From the NCBI RefSeq assembly GCF_001186125.1, contig NW_014040507.1, positions 86,847 through 119,229 on the forward strand: a stretch of DNA of 32,383 nucleotides, given 5' to 3'. Every line of letters begins with the position of its first letter. Position 1 is the stretch's first letter. Made by a program: the position numbers and the translations under genes. Positions 10,040-21,780 of this stretch are shown here, one piece after another. The notes beneath the pieces are model-generated. The model had not been told where the DNA came from. It was given only the letters and a program-made list of their open reading frames with translations, and did not search any database. The DNA comes from Sphaeroforma arctica JP610 (taxonomy: Eukaryota).

Positions 10040-11700
10040 TTCAATTCCTCGGCGCACGACGCAGGCACCGCATAGACAAGCGCCGTATACATCGGATCGG
10101 CATTTCTGACTTCATTCACGATTTTTTTTTGGTATTTTCTTTCGGCACTTCTTCTGTAGCAATTTTCGCTAGATCGTTATTTCAATCATCCGTATTGGCA
10201 ACTGGGACATCTTTGATTGGGTCACAGTTGATGATTTATCACCTGCTGTCAACGCCGCCTCGACCTCTTTGCGATTATAGTGATAATCGGGGTCACTGCA
10301 GTCCTTCCCCAATAAAACCCAGCATGGGTACTTCCACTTGATCTGACCGTTTTCCAACATTGCCCTGTCCTTGTGTTCACTTTTGGTAGCCCTGAATAGT
10401 GGTAGATGTATTGGATCGTTTAGCATCGCCAGCATTCTGCAAATATTGGATAGTGAACGCCGAATTGCCTGGTTGCCCTTGACTAGAGTGGTCGCATTCG
10501 TTACTGCCTTCTTGTTGTTGTTTGAGGCCCGTGCTCTCTTGTCGATCGGGTCGTAAGACATAGGTACCTGCTGCCAATGCAGGGCAAATCCAAGTGATAT
10601 GTGTGCTTTGTCACCGTCCTCAAGAACAGTGATCAATGTCGGTTTCGGCGCGTCAGAAGGAGGCCCACCCCATGCATACGTTTTAGACAGTTGATCGGGA
10701 ACACACTTACCCGATTCAATATCAAGTCGTGTGGAGATTACAACACAATTATTATATAACTTCATACGACGTTGGTACTCAGACCACAAATTCACTTTCA
10801 TGAACAAATCATAGTCTGGACATATCGTTCGCAATGCAGATAGGGGTAGTTGTGCAGGGACCGATGCAGGTGCGATAGTATCTGGTGCAACGGCTGATGC
10901 ACTTAGTGCTGGTGCGCTAGTAGCTGGTGCAACGGCTGATAAAGTATAGGTGCTTCTGCATTGTTATGCTCTTCTGTATCGTGGACTCTGCTATCATGCT
11001 CTCCCTCATTATACTCGCTTGTATCGTACACTCCACTATCATGCTCTCCCTCATTATGCAATCTTGTATCGTGCACTCCGCTATCATGCTCTTCCCCATT
11101 GTACTCTCCTGTATCGTACACTCCACTATCATGCTCTCCTTCGTTATACTCTCCGGTATCGTGATCTCCTACTTCACGAATTTCCTCAATGCTCTTCTGT
11201 ATCACGCTCGCCTACATCAAACCCACCTACTTCATGCTCTCACCAACTAAAATGTTCAACATCTCGTTTTTTGTCCTACTGATCTGAATAGGCCTACACC
11301 AGAGTCTTCCACTTCGTTGTGGCCGATATAAGGGTTATGAGATGCACGTGAACTTGTTTCTCTACCCATTTGATTTGGTGTACTGTGGTAGTAAGTGTTG
11401 TGTGATGCACGATAGTTTGTGTTGTGCGATTCGCCATGAGTAGTTTGGTGACCAACATTGCCGGGTGCGCCACAGAATTCTCCATCGTCGCTGCTCGCGT
11501 CCGGACCATGAACATTACTTTGCACTACACTATCGTTGGAGAGAAGTCTAATGTCTGTCCCATCATGAACGGGTCGTAACTAGCTCGCTCACTTCTGCTA
11601 GCATCAACCCCTGTTCTGCGTGCTGCTTGACGGTTACGTTCGCTGTTGGATATATGCTGTAAAGATCGAACAGTCTCCCTCGCCGGCACAATCATAGTCT
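10040..11700 (-). pseudogene. Frameshifted long ORF of unknown, probably transposon-derived, protein
   Basis: Successive protein-like ORF pieces 11256-11525, 10903-11205 and 10169-10834 (221 aa) lie in different frames and continue into the gap. No family recognised. Confidence 0.45.
10963..11170 (-). repeat. 45-bp coding-type tandem repeat (~4.5 copies, 15-bp substructure)
   Basis: Translates on minus as (GEYNEGEHDSGVYDT)n; ctatcatgctctccc recurs every 45 bp. Confidence 0.9.
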
Positions 11701-11775
11701 AGCGAGGCTGATTGTATCATTTCTTACTATTCGATACAGTCCCGGCCGTGTTGTATGCGACCTTGGTTTGCTCGA

Positions 11776-11815
11776 CATGTGATGCATGTGATGCATGCGA
11801 TGCATACGATGCATC
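11776..11815. repeat. 9-bp minisatellite (catgtgatg)n
   Basis: catgtgatg catgtgatg catgcgatg catacgatg cat. Confidence 0.8.
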
Positions 11816-12010
11816 GGACCCCATCGCCATAATCGCTTGCTAAAGGATACACTCTTTTTAAAACTATTGATGTAAATACTATTGTGTCATATTTCTTTAC
11901 ATTTATACATTGTTTGATAGTATGTGTGTCACAACACAGCACAAACACAAACAAATAAGGTGGTTGTGTGCACGCAAGCTACTGTCCGTTGTACTTGGCT
12001 TTGTAGCGGG

Positions 12011-12421
12011 CCTGGTGTAGCCAATGAAATGTAACCCGAAGTCCCACCCAAATTGTACGTTTTCAAGCCCATTTTGTGAGTTTATGTACTATTTCGACCT
12101 AAAACGTAAAACTCAAAGCGGAAGTGAAAAGTTTTCGAGGGTCCCAGACCCTCAAAAAGTTGACCTGAAAAATATGCATCTTCCTCTTCTCCAAAATTCG
12201 TACCAGTGTATTCATTGGTCCACAACTCTAGCGAACGAACTAAATCGTGAAACTATTTCTCGTTTATACGGGCGGACCCTAAATGTACTTTTCAAACTTT
12301 ATATGAAACAAGCTTGAGAAAGGTATAGAATATTACATATAGCGAATTTGATTGGGTAGTTAGAAAACGTACCCGTAAATTTGGATGTACATTTAGTCAC
12401 TTTCCATTGTAAACCATGTAC
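12011..12421. mobile_element. Degenerate MITE-like non-coding element
   Basis: Imperfect inverted ends: ccaaatt-gtacgttttc (~12048-12064) versus gaaaacgtac...aatttgg (~12363-12384). ccctaaatgtac at ~12278 is inverted at ~12418. No TSD identified. Confidence 0.35.
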
Positions 12422-12499
12422 ATTTAGGGTTTTACCTGTCCCGATAATTAAAGTGACAAATACGTCCAGTTGTTGCTCTGTACATTCGAAACTGATCAT

Positions 12500-14204
12500 A
12501 TTTGGATTGGCGATCGTGCTTTATGTACACGCCCAGAGATACGCGGTCGTCAATATTTACTTCTTGGTCGTGTAATTAATAAAGGCTACCTGACTACCAT
12601 ATACATGCATATAACGTAGACAAGCTTCAGGACTAGCCAACGCCCCAGAGGCATCCCAGGACGATTCGTTGTCTGGATTGCCTCTATAATATTGGATAGC
12701 TTTGGTAAGTGTGGCAAATTGTATTGCTTCAGCCCACATTGAACTTGGCTGCTTCGAGTGTTGAACATGTACATCATAATGAGCTTGATGCTGCTTTTTT
12801 TGCGCTCTACGAGGTCGTGCAATGGTGGGAAAATGGTGGGGACATGGATCACCTTGATGTTTTGCTGAATTGTTAGCGTTGAATTTCTTGGGGACGAATT
12901 CTCCACCTCCATCACACTTGAGCTTTCGCATTTTTGGCGAGATCGTCTTTATCGATATCGGTATAAAACATGTCAAGTGTGGCGGCAGCATTGTCTTTGC
13001 TCTTGATGGAATATACAAACAACAGGCCACTATTCACATCAACATATCTGATGTTGGATGTACAGCCGTTCGTAGATACCGGAAGTCCTGTCCAAGGCCC
13101 AACCGGTGGGCGAGTATTTAAAAGATTCTCTTTGTCGGAACTTGGGTGACGGCACATTTTTCTAAGCGCACACGTGGTACAGAAGAAGAGAGTCTGTGGA
13201 TGAGCAAGAACGTCATCTTGGGCAGATAGGAGGCCCGCGGCAGGCGGCACATTATACTTTAAAATGAATTCCCCCTGTTATATATCAACTTACTCAGATC
13301 CGTCGCAGATGAAGGTTTCGGGCGTAGTCTGGATGAGTTCTACATGAATGTGCAGCTGTTTCAGACTTTGCTGGAAGTGCTTGCTTTTAGAAGCCATATA
13401 AGTCAGGGAAAGACGACGGTGACAAGTCCTTTTTTTGTGTGCTTTAACTTCGATGGTACTACGCTCCATTATTTGTCGGTTAAAGGGATATTCACATAGA
13501 GGTGTAGCCGGCGATCAGACCATGATTGTACAGATGTCATCCTGAAAAAGAGTTCAACACCAGCTGGCCCAAAGCATCGACAACGTGGGCGCGGAATAGT
13601 GTTGGAATAAGTTGCCAATTATCTATACTGACGCGAAATGGCGCATATGTGTTGATATTGTTTAACTTAAGTATCGACTTAGCCATGCGAGGAGGCGTGT
13701 GCCCAAGCTTGTCTCGCCAGTGTGTGATTGTCTCTGTTGCAAATTGACTGATGTTATACTGACCATCAATCTCTGATATACGATAGAGGATTTAAATGCC
13801 GTCTGTAATGAAGCATTCTGTAGGTTCGTGTGGGTTTGTTCGCAGAGGAAATAGAAAGTATATTTGGCTATATATTTGGCTAGCTTTGGGTTTTTGGGTT
13901 TTAAGATTATATGATTGTTATAGAATGAGTGTTGGATTATAAGCATATTGTGTCGTGTAATTTGGCTTGTTATATCTAGCGATTGTTTTGCTATAGTCGT
14001 AGCTATGTCGTCGATGTACACACAGTATATTATGTGTTCTTCATGCACTGCCGTGGTTCTAAAGTTTGGTGGTAATATGTACAACAAGTTGTTGGTGAAT
14101 AATTCAAATGAGTAGTATCGCGCTGAGGGCAGGCTAATACTTGGCAGTGACGTTTTGAATGCTATATCGATGAGTACGTCCCCAGATTTCTTAGACTTAA
14201 TCAT
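12500..14204 (-). mobile_element. Copia remnant: integrase N-terminal and core domains plus upstream unknown domain
   Basis: WRDKLGH (13699-13719), FFCTTCALRK, IRYVDVNS, KLKCDGGGEF, LVERK, MWAEAIQFA, LRYMHVYGS. 13980-14200 is homologous to 7650-7860. Confidence 0.85.
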
Positions 14205-14219
14205 ATCACGTGATAGTGA

Positions 14220-17200
14220 GAATGCAAAGGACCAACAAAAACTTGTACATTATACTACTAAGCTGTTTCTAATGCTACTAAGGCAATGCGTGGACTGTTA
14301 GACTCGTGGAAGTCATTGGCCTTGGCTAGAGGCATCAACCACAGCTAAACAGCCGCACTATCAATAGCCTGATACGAACCCAGATTCAAAGCAAACACTC
14401 CTTGGTGTCAAAGTCTAACTCCTCGCAAGGGGGAGATGAAGTTCTGAAGAAGAAGCAGATCCTTCTTGGACCTAGTTTGAGCACAGTCGGAGGAAGCATA
14501 CGAATATACGACCTGGAGGCGGAGACAAGGCGTGTAACACTAGTGACTATATAGCCACATTATCAATAGCCTGGTACCAACCTGACTCGAAGCAAACACT
14601 CCCTTTGGTGTCAAAGTCTAATTTCTAACAGGGAATAGGACAAGTTCTGTAAGAACAAAGTCTAATTCCTAACAGGGAATAGACTGTGAGAACAAAGTCC
14701 AATTCCTAACAGGGAATAGAACAAGTAATGCGAGAAGAAGCAGATGCTCCTTGAACCGAATTTGAACACAGTCGGAGAAATCATACGAATATATGATTTG
14801 GCGACAAGGCGCGCAAAACTCGTGGTTATCGTCCTGATCCCACCATTGCTAGTGGCAAGCCAAACAGCCGCACTATCAATAGCCTGGTGCCAAACCTGAC
14901 TCGAAGCAAACACTCCCTTTGGTGTCACAGTCTAATTCCTAACAGGGAATAGGACAAGTTCTGTGAGAACAAAGTCTGATTCCTAACAGGGAGTAGCACA
15001 AGTTCTGTGAGAACAAAGTCTAATTCCTAACAGGGAATAGAACAAGTTATGTGAGAAGAAGCAAATGCTTCTTGAACCTAATTTGAACACAGTCGGAGAA
15101 ATCATACAAATATATGACTTGGCGACAAGGCGTGCAAAACTCGTGATTATCGTCCTGATCCTACCATTGCTAGTGGCAAGCCAAACAGCCGCACTATCAA
15201 TAGCCTGGTACCATAGCTGAACTTAAAGTAAACACTCTCTTTGGTGCCTAAGCATAATTCTTAACAGGGGAAAAAACAATTTTTGTGAGAAGAGGCAAAT
15301 AATCTTTTATCCAAATTTGAACAGAGTCGGAGAAAGCATACGAATACACGTATTGGCGACGAGGCGTGTAAGACTCGTGATTATCGTCTTGATCTCACCA
15401 TGCTTGTGGCAAAAAAAAATCAAAGAAGACAAGCGTCAGAATGAGGCCATCCGATATTCAAAAAAAATAATTCTGATACCGATAAGAATTCGAATAGTCG
15501 CACAGGATGCGAAGAGCCGGAGAGTGACGCTGCTGACGCTGCTGAGGCATCAGATGATGATCAGATAGACCTGTCACTACCGGAGGTGAATGGGGAATAA
15601 ACTGTATATGAGGCAGAAGAGTCTGACACTTCAATGTGTCCTCAAGCAAGAGCGCAGACGAGTCGAGCAAGGTAAACATCCCGTTGCATGCGAGTCATTG
15701 ATAACATGACTTAATGAACAAGCAGTCGCCGTATAGACGAGACAGATCCATAGAATGCAGGTTCGACAGAAGGCGTGACAGGGATACTGCCGCCATACCC
15801 CAGGATCTGCATCAGAGAGCGCAACCATCAGACTTGTGACACACCTCTTAGACCAACATAAAAGGCAAAGAGGGATCGTAAACGAGATCGTGGCGCCCCT
15901 AATTTTGGTTCTGACAATATTGCAGCCTTCAAAGACTGAGCTAGGTCATATGACGAGCGGATAATCCGTAAAGCGATGCAGGATGAGCTACACTCGATGA
16001 TTGACATGGAAGTATGAAGCCTCTGACATCGCCGAGTAACCCAAACATAGCCACTGGGCTTGATTAAGGCTCCCGTCTTCGAACTATAAAGTGATGAGTA
16101 CGGTACAGTCATACGACACAAATAGTACGACACAAAGCTCGCCTGTACTCAAGAAATTTTGGAACAGTATGTGTGGGATTTCGTGCAGACATCTTCGCCA
16201 GACGTTGCCAAGATTGCCGCGTTCTGTAGATTTTTCAGACTTGTGATGCTGCTGGGTGACTTGTTGAGTGACAACGATTTCAAACTGATGAAAGAAGATA
16301 CTGTATGTGAGTTGATGAAGGGTATCTACGCCTTAAAAAGATAGGCCTGTGTTGGCTCGTAAGGTTCCGTGACTTGCTCGTCAAAGTCTTTGGACACCGC
16401 CTGTCTCTGACAGATCCCTGCCTAATAATCGGAAGGAGAATATTCGTAGTCTTTTATGTTGACGATGGTGAATGGTGGATAGGATCTTGCATAGGATCAA
16501 GAAATATTAATGAAAGATAAACGTGTCAGAGGACGGGACCTTTCTTTCACAGCCTATGGATAGAGTTAAGGTGGATCGGACCTCTTCAGCGAGTCAGACG
16601 CCCATAAGTACATCGTTCGACGTCCCGTGCTTCAGGACACTAAAATCGTAGCATCATAGGCTCACTCAAGTTTGCTACTGTTGGCACACGCCTAAATGCT
16701 ACTTGTGCTACGAGTTCACTGATCATATGCTTGGATCAGCCAGCGAAAGCACAAGTGTAAATTTTTGGAGACAATGAAATATTGTAGATCATTATGAATC
16801 CATAGTGGACTTGGTGCTTTGTACATCTGAAGCGAGCTTTGCTCGGGAGAAGGACAAGCAATCACGCATCGGATACTTGGGCTTCTTTGGAAACGCACCG
16901 CGGCGTCAGATTGACACCAACCTAAGCACATCAGAATACAAATACTTCTGCCTTGTGGAATACAATTGATATTTTGTACGAGGGCCATATGAACACAGGA
17001 CAACTGTGCTAGAAGCCTGTGGATCTGAGCTGCCGATTGCTGACGTGTTGACCACAGTGCACTGCCACGCATAGTTTTATAAAAACATTGCAATCATATG
17101 TTGGAATATTTACAAGTATGCAGTCCTGACTAGATCAAAATGCTGTTACACCTGGTATGTGGGGGATATATAGAAGCTTAAATAGCTACGTATTTCGTCT

Positions 17201-17340
17201 ATGAAGGAGTGATGATAATTGTATTACTGGATTGTGCGAACCTCATATTGGTGGACTAGACTTTACTTAAACGGGCATTTTAGCTTTTTTACCTATTGAA
17301 TACTGTTTACAGTTTAATTTGATTCGTTGTTCAAGAGTTG
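14220..17340 (+). mobile_element. Copia remnant: integrase C-terminus, RT, RNase H, PPT and possible 3' LTR
   Basis: IRIYDLATRR, RKAMQDELHSM, VCELMKGIYALKR, LTDPCL, VFYVDDG (YVDD at 16455-16466); purine tract ggggga at 17161-17166. The LTR extent is a guess. Confidence 0.8.
14340..15410 (+). repeat. Hierarchical tandem array: four ~205-320-bp units with internal 44-bp subrepeats
   Basis: The anchor cactatcaatagcctg recurs in units starting near 14347, 14553, 14862 and 15183. gtctaattcctaacagggaataggacaagttctgtgagaacaaa is triplicated in units 2 and 3. Confidence 0.92.
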
Positions 17341-17799
17341 CAATATGCATGTATCGATGTTGGGTAGTATGATGTTGTACAAAAAATAACTTGCGAGATA
17401 TATGACAAAAAGTATAAATCGATAGCGTTGTTAGCTGTCAGTACATTGAAGACCATGACTGTTCCGAACTCCTATTGACTCAAGGGGTTCATTTTGACTC
17501 GAGGAGACCGTACGTTTCGGCAAAAATTTGGTTGAATACCGGTTCAAAACTCAGATAAAGTTCATTTTCAAGGAGTAGAAAATTCATATCGGCAACTAAA
17601 TTCCATATTTCTTTTGGCTATGTTGTTTAAAGAACTTTCTGAATACTTCAAAATACACTTCTCGAATTCTGAAAATTCCAAACAGGATATATTTTTGAAC
17701 AAACTCCGGCTTTGGCAAAGTAACTTTCCGACAATTCGCCCCTCATAAATATTGTGCTATGTTTGTGAATGAGAAGTAAAAAAGAGGGTATATCTTTGT

Positions 17800-18130
17800 T
17801 TTCATGTCAGTTGGAAAGTATAGAGAAGAGTGAGATAGGTTTTTTCAACCGCACAAAACCAACCACGCCCACTCCAATTCACATAAGTGTTGCTTTGTGA
17901 ATGGACACTGTAATTACACCGCATATGGTCACGAGATTTGACAATGAACACAGAACTATACGCAAAGTGTCTTTTTACATAGTTCGATAAGCGCTTGCAT
18001 GCCTGTAGTACCTTTAATGTTGCTGTAAGATTTTCATACTGCAAATGACAAACACTGCAAGCAAGAGTGGCACTTTTCTTATTGTGCCATACCCCGTGGA
18101 CGCCAGTATACCATATATAGTCCGCCAAGC
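17800..18130 (-). pseudogene. Possible hAT-type transposase fragment
   Basis: CSVCHLQ...VLQACKRLSNYVKR resembles the hAT CxxH helix region, and MRCNYSV resembles TRWNS. Weak. Confidence 0.3.
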
Positions 18131-18599
18131 ATCATTTCGTGTAGCACGGGCTGGGATAAGGCTGGTTATTGCTTTTCTACAAATCCGAGCGTAAGTTTTG
18201 TGACGTGTGTACTTGCGAAAACCACATACATTCGTACATTCCAGAAAGCGGGAAACGGAAGTTGGTACCTTAAACCAGTTAGATTTATTTTAGCTATATT
18301 TAGTGTAAAAGGTGTGAGTATTTATAGCATGTTAGGAGAGTGTGCAGTATAGGCACAAGTTTCGATGGATGGAACTACAAATGCGATGTACGCGCTCGGC
18401 GAGCACATCAATCGCATCTATAGCTGGCACGGACCGGGGAGGAGGTGTGAGGTTCTGTTCAATGAGAATTAATTAGTTTGGAAGTTTTATAGGTGGTAAT
18501 GACAGTATAATAGCGGTTCAGAAGTCGATGGCTGAGATCATGGAAGTACACAAGCCTGATAGACGGGCAACGTGTAAGCACACAAGATGTCTCACATTT

Positions 18600-20450
18600 G
18601 CTGGCCAATCTTCGACACAAGTTTATCTTGCACCTTCTGGAATTTGATTTTTGAAATCACCGCCCTCATACCTCGAGAAAGTCCTGTGCTTCCGGTCTCA
18701 ATCATGTCCAGAACTGTACGAAAATCTGGGACAAGCCATTGACGTATCTTCCGGTAAAAGACATCCCGATTGCGTACGAAAAGTTTATCGAAGCCAAACG
18801 AAATGTCGAATACCTAGGAGTCATTGTCAACATGGAAACATGAACAATCTCTATCTCAGATCACAAACGTGACAAAACTATCAATCTTCTGGACTCATAG
18901 TCACATCTCAAAGCCGCAACTAGGCTCCAAATAGAAGTACTCGAAGTCAATTCATCATGGTTATCGGCAATGATAATATCTATTAGCTACTTTTCACAAC
19001 GAGTTTACATTTTACCCCCGAAAGTGAACAGAAAGCACTATCACTAGTAAATACCTGCTTATCTTCACAAAGACGTGCTATTTATTTGTCATATGCTAAA
19101 TCCTTGGTCAAAGACCACCCTTCTACCTAGGTCCCACAGATTTTTCACTATCGACACACCAAAGGCTCTGTCGGATTGGTTGGCTTCATGCCGGACAGCC
19201 ATTGGTTTTACCTCAAATAAGAATACCACTCTGAAGTACCCTATCAACTGCGAACAGTTGCGTGCTGTCTGCTATCTGCTCACCACTTTCGCCGAGCAAT
19301 TTGCCGGACATACTGTAACAATCCATCGAGACAATACAGAAGCCGTAGTAGCCATCAAGATTCGCTTGGGTTATTGCGACTCATTGTTCTTGTGCAGCAC
19401 CCCATAGCACACGTCCATAGTACTGCAACAAGAGCAAGCTCTCGCGACATATTTGTGTCTAAGGCTCCGGGAACATCGCTCGTTTATTCGACTACCACAG
19501 ATACTGCATACAAAATTATTTTATCTTCCATAAAACAGGGGCACCGCTCAGACCTACCGTATGGCAGCGACCTCACGAATCCTAACGCATTCTCTAGCTC
19601 CCAGTACGGTGCCCCGTTCAAATCATTTATATTCTCATCAATGACGATCGAGTGCAGCAATGCTTACCTCTCCAGTACAACGTATGTTCGTCGATTGTCT
19701 TATTCACGAACGACTGATTTCACTTGATATCACAAAACTGCGCAAAGATATACTAGGCGTTGACCCTTGTATTATGTTCGTGGGTGGACCGGGCCTCCGC
19801 GGCGTACAATCAGATTCTATCAGCAGATAGATACCTATATTTTTAGGCCTTCTCTACTGACTACATAGCGAAAATGACAAAAACTTTCATCCTTTCGGCG
19901 TTCTCCAGGTAAAACGGGATCGAGCTCCACTCACATCCCAACTAGTTTGCACACGTATTTGGCCAGTCGCATAACGCAACCTGACTAATGCAAAAGGTTT
20001 CCATATTTCTACTTGTATCCTAGTGGATGCTTTCGATTCTTTCCACTCTGGTGAACTAACGATTCAATTTTTTTTTTTGAGCCATACTTCCAATTTATAT
20101 ATGTTCACCGGTCTGGCATACGCATCCTGACTCATCAAGACATTTTACAAATTCTGCTCCAAACTTCAGAGCCGCACGTGCCCAACCATACTCAAACGGA
20201 TGTATTTGCGCATACTCATGGCAACTCAAGTGGCTTGCCCTTACAAAAAATAAACATGCCGACTCACACCTATTCTCCATCGACAATGTGCCTTTTATAA
20301 AGACATAATTCACCAAATCATTCAAGTCACTCGTCCGCCACGCCGACACTGGTACAGATACCATTAATATGTAGCTGAAGATTATATTCAAGCACTGTTC
20401 TATAGATACACTTCACTTTACCTATAGTTTCTCACCACGCTAACAGTTCT
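18600..20450 (+). mobile_element. Tyrosine-recombinase retrotransposon (DIRS/Ngaro-type) remnant
   Basis: RNase H-like PINCEQLRAVCYLLTTFAEQFAGHTVTIHRDNTEAVVAI (~19230-19360), then YR-like DAFDSFHSGELT (20026-20061) and HLFSIDNVPFIKT*FTKSFKSLV. Confidence 0.65.
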
Positions 20451-20559
20451 CGCATATAATAAATGGCTTTATCATGTAATTAGCACTCTTCTATCACCTT
20501 GCGATCGTGGTCAGCATAAACCAGCAAGTGCCGACAATGAGTGGACAAACTTCACAGAA

Positions 20560-21780
20560 CCTACTGAATGCGGCTTAAAACGTATGGATGAATGGCTGGC
20601 TATCGAAAAGGGGTTGAGCGATCATCTTATACATAAATTCCTGCGACTATACTGCCACGAGATGATTCAGGAACTCGACACCACAATGGAGTATATTCGA
20701 GGAGAGAGAGAATCGGTCTCGGATATCATGCCTCGTTTGTGCTAGGGAATATATACAATCCTGTAAGTGCACGGGTTTAGAATATAAACTTAGAGTGCAA
20801 TCGACGAATATGATACTGCAGGTAACTATCACCGAAGAGCATAGGTTGTCGGCTATGTGATTTAACTTACAAGAGAAGCAGTGAAGTGCTCACGAGGATG
20901 GTGTGCTTACTTTATCGGGTAGGCAGCGAGCGACTCAGCGCGTAGTGTACATTATGGCTGCTGAGAGGGGCTTTTAAGAGGTATTTGAGGGATCATCCTC
21001 ACGCTGGTAAGCAATGTATTCTTATTTTCATTCATGGACCAAGTCTCATTGAAGATTAGCTCACAAACAAGCATAGATGACACTGGTAGTATTATCGCTT
21101 TAATTGTTGGAGGAAAGCCACGTGACGGGACACGCAGAGCATGCATGGGTACCTACTACTCCTCAGTTCTGTCGAGAAATAGGTTAGATGTAGCAGAAAA
21201 GGAACAAGTGTGGCTTAGGGAGGTGCAGGTAGCACTGTCTCGTTAGATGTTCGGCATAGAGATATTCTACAATAGTGCCTTAGCAAACCACTACTGATCG
21301 TTAGGCTTCTACTGGACCAGGTAGTGCAGTATTTGAGTTGTACACACGATCTTGACTCGCATTGTAGAGACACAGGCTAGATCATGTCATGTTATAGAGG
21401 ACGTATTCGACTGGGCGGGCTTGCGAACGGAAGTGCATGTAATAAATTTAGTCTGCGAATTGTGCCAATCGCAGCATCTAGTAGAGCGGGTACTCCATAT
21501 TTAATTTCAGCAACTACCATATACGGTGACGGTGTTGCTGTGCTGTTTGCAACCAATATGTTCTCGAATCTGTAGGTAGTGCAGACTTCTTTTAACCGCT
21601 GAAACACTTAAGAACTGTTTTGTGATTGTCTAGTATCAGCTTTTCAGTGGGGTATTCTGGCATCATCGAAGGTGATGTGGAATGGGTGTTTGAAATACAT
21701 GTTCTACGTGGCGCGTCGATAAATTGTCTAGTTCGACTTATGACATGGGTGGGTGGGGTACTCATACGCGCACACACAAA
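20560..21780 (+). mobile_element. Heavily degenerate copia-like remnant (gag/integrase)
   Basis: MEYIRGERESVSDIMPRL is like UBN2 gag; weak integrase-like pieces DGVA and SVGYS. Confidence 0.35.

Noticed and set aside
9484..10119. ORFs spanning the N run
   Set aside because: Artefacts of translating the assembly gap.
14610..15060. 44-bp repeats as a CRISPR array
   Set aside because: Repeats are head-to-tail without unique spacers, derive from copia integrase sequence, and lie in a eukaryotic context with no cas genes.
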